A stretch of 64,000 bases of DNA from Rhina ancylostomus (lineage: Eukaryota), in the NCBI GenBank assembly GCA_030265395.1, contig JARFYF010000052.1, positions 124,275,050-124,339,049 of the forward strand, given 5' to 3'. The first letter of the stretch is position 1. Every line of letters begins with the position of its first letter. The translations under genes were made by a program, and so were the position numbers. This document shows, one piece after another, positions 62,791 to 64,000 of the stretch. Below the pieces are notes generated by a model, which saw nothing but the letters and a program-made list of their open reading frames with translations, searched no databases and had not been told where the DNA came from.

Positions 62791-63310
62791 TTTTAAATGC
62801 CATTTCTGTCCAAGGCGCTGCTATATTGCCATTTAGTGTACAATAATGGTTGCACTGAAATTTCTATTCAACTCTGGTTTTTCTTAATTTGTTTGCCAAG
62901 TGATTTGATGTCAGAACAAATTTTCACAGGGCAACTTAGCACCCTTCCATCTGTTGTGTAGGAGTTAGCTTCAAACCCTTGCTTTGCCTGACTCTCAGCA
63001 TAATTCAGCAGAGAGGATAGCCATGTTTTACTTTCTGTAGGTTGCTCAGTGTTATTCAGCCAGATAAGAGCATGTTTAGTCTGGTCTGTAACCTTTCAGC
63101 AAATGTAATCAAGGTCATTTTATTGTAAATTATTAAGTGGCTGGTAGATCAAGGAACTTGTTTCCATGCTAAATAGATAGCATTTTATACATCATCTAAG
63201 GTTTGATCAGTTGAATAATTTGGACTATTTCACTGCTGACCAGAGGCCAGGTTTTGGTACTGACGAACCTCAATGCTAATTAGTTATCATTCATATTTAT
63301 ATTTTTCATG

Positions 63311-63620
63311 ACATAAAAGGAGGCCATTTAGACCATCAAGTCTATACTGGCTCTCAGAGCAGTCCCATCAGTCCATTCCCTCATTTATTACCATGAATCC
63401 CATCAACTACTCCAGTTCTCCTACCCACCCATAGCAGCAGCAATTTATGGTAATCTATTAGCCGACCAGGCATTTCTTTGAAAGGAGAATGAGGGGTCTG
63501 AAGCACCCAGTGGAAACCCGCGCACTCACAGGGAGAACGTTCAAACTCTACACAGATAGACTTGAAGTCAGGATCGAAACTAAGTTGCTGGAGCAATGGA
63601 ACAGCAGCTGTACTCGGTGG
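63311..63620 (-). mobile_element. HE1/V-SINE, decayed full length
   Basis: AGCACCCAGTGGAAACCCGCGCACTCACAGGGAGAACGTTCAAACTC...GTCAGGATCGAAAC. Confidence 0.8.
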
Positions 63621-64000
63621 TTGAGGATATGTCTGAAGATCTAATAGGGTCCAGTTGGCAGTATTCAACATGAGAACAAACTGATCAAGAGAGATAATTA
63701 CTCCTCTTATCTCAAGTTCCAGTTGTTCCATCACACTGGAGAAAGACCAGTGGTTTATTTAACTCTGGTTATAGTGTACATTAACACATCATCAAACCAC
63801 TGGAGAAATAACACACAGGCTTTGCTTCTGTTAATACAGTGCTCTTCTGGTATCTGACACTTACACTTTTTTTTAAACCATTACTCAGATGGGACCCAGA
63901 CAGCAATTTCCATAGATTTTTATCCTCTTGCTTTGGCTTTGCGCTGTCTCGGCTCTGCCAAGTCTGAGCTTGATTTAATTTTTATTCCGAAGTGATGATT

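Noticed and set aside
63025-63050. Strong acceptor TTTTACTTTCTGTAG
   Set aside because: I found no convincing downstream donor or recognisable coding frame.
1-64000. Prokaryotic systems (CRISPR, retron, operons, prophage)
   Set aside because: There are no regularly spaced repeats and no gene-dense regions. The RT motifs all belong to eukaryotic non-LTR retrotransposons.

Overview
This is eukaryotic, AT-rich, CpG-poor DNA from a draft assembly with 11 N-gaps. The repeat families (HE1/V-SINE, HER1/CR1 LINE tails, SacSINE1-like Deu-SINEs) point to a cartilaginous fish (inference). I found no intact protein-coding gene, rRNA, tRNA or CRISPR array. The supplied ORFs are chance ORFs, gap artefacts or decayed transposon pieces. 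The window looks like intronic or intergenic DNA filled with relics of CR1, L2, Rex-Babar, Tx1/L1, Penelope, PIF/Harbinger and three SINE families, several of them nested. The clearest non-repeat signal is a CpG-rich candidate promoter and first exon at about 12.6-12.8 kb. The most interesting structural observation concerns about 14 short Penelope terminal repeats. At least six carry a decayed minimal hammerhead-ribozyme layout (stem I-CTGATGA-stem II-GAAA-CG-TT-stem I), with a compensatory stem I change between subfamilies, and some occur as inverted dimers that form long hairpins. Hammerheads in Penelope elements are already known, so this is not a new system. All family calls are by-eye recognition, with no database search, and element boundaries are approximate.
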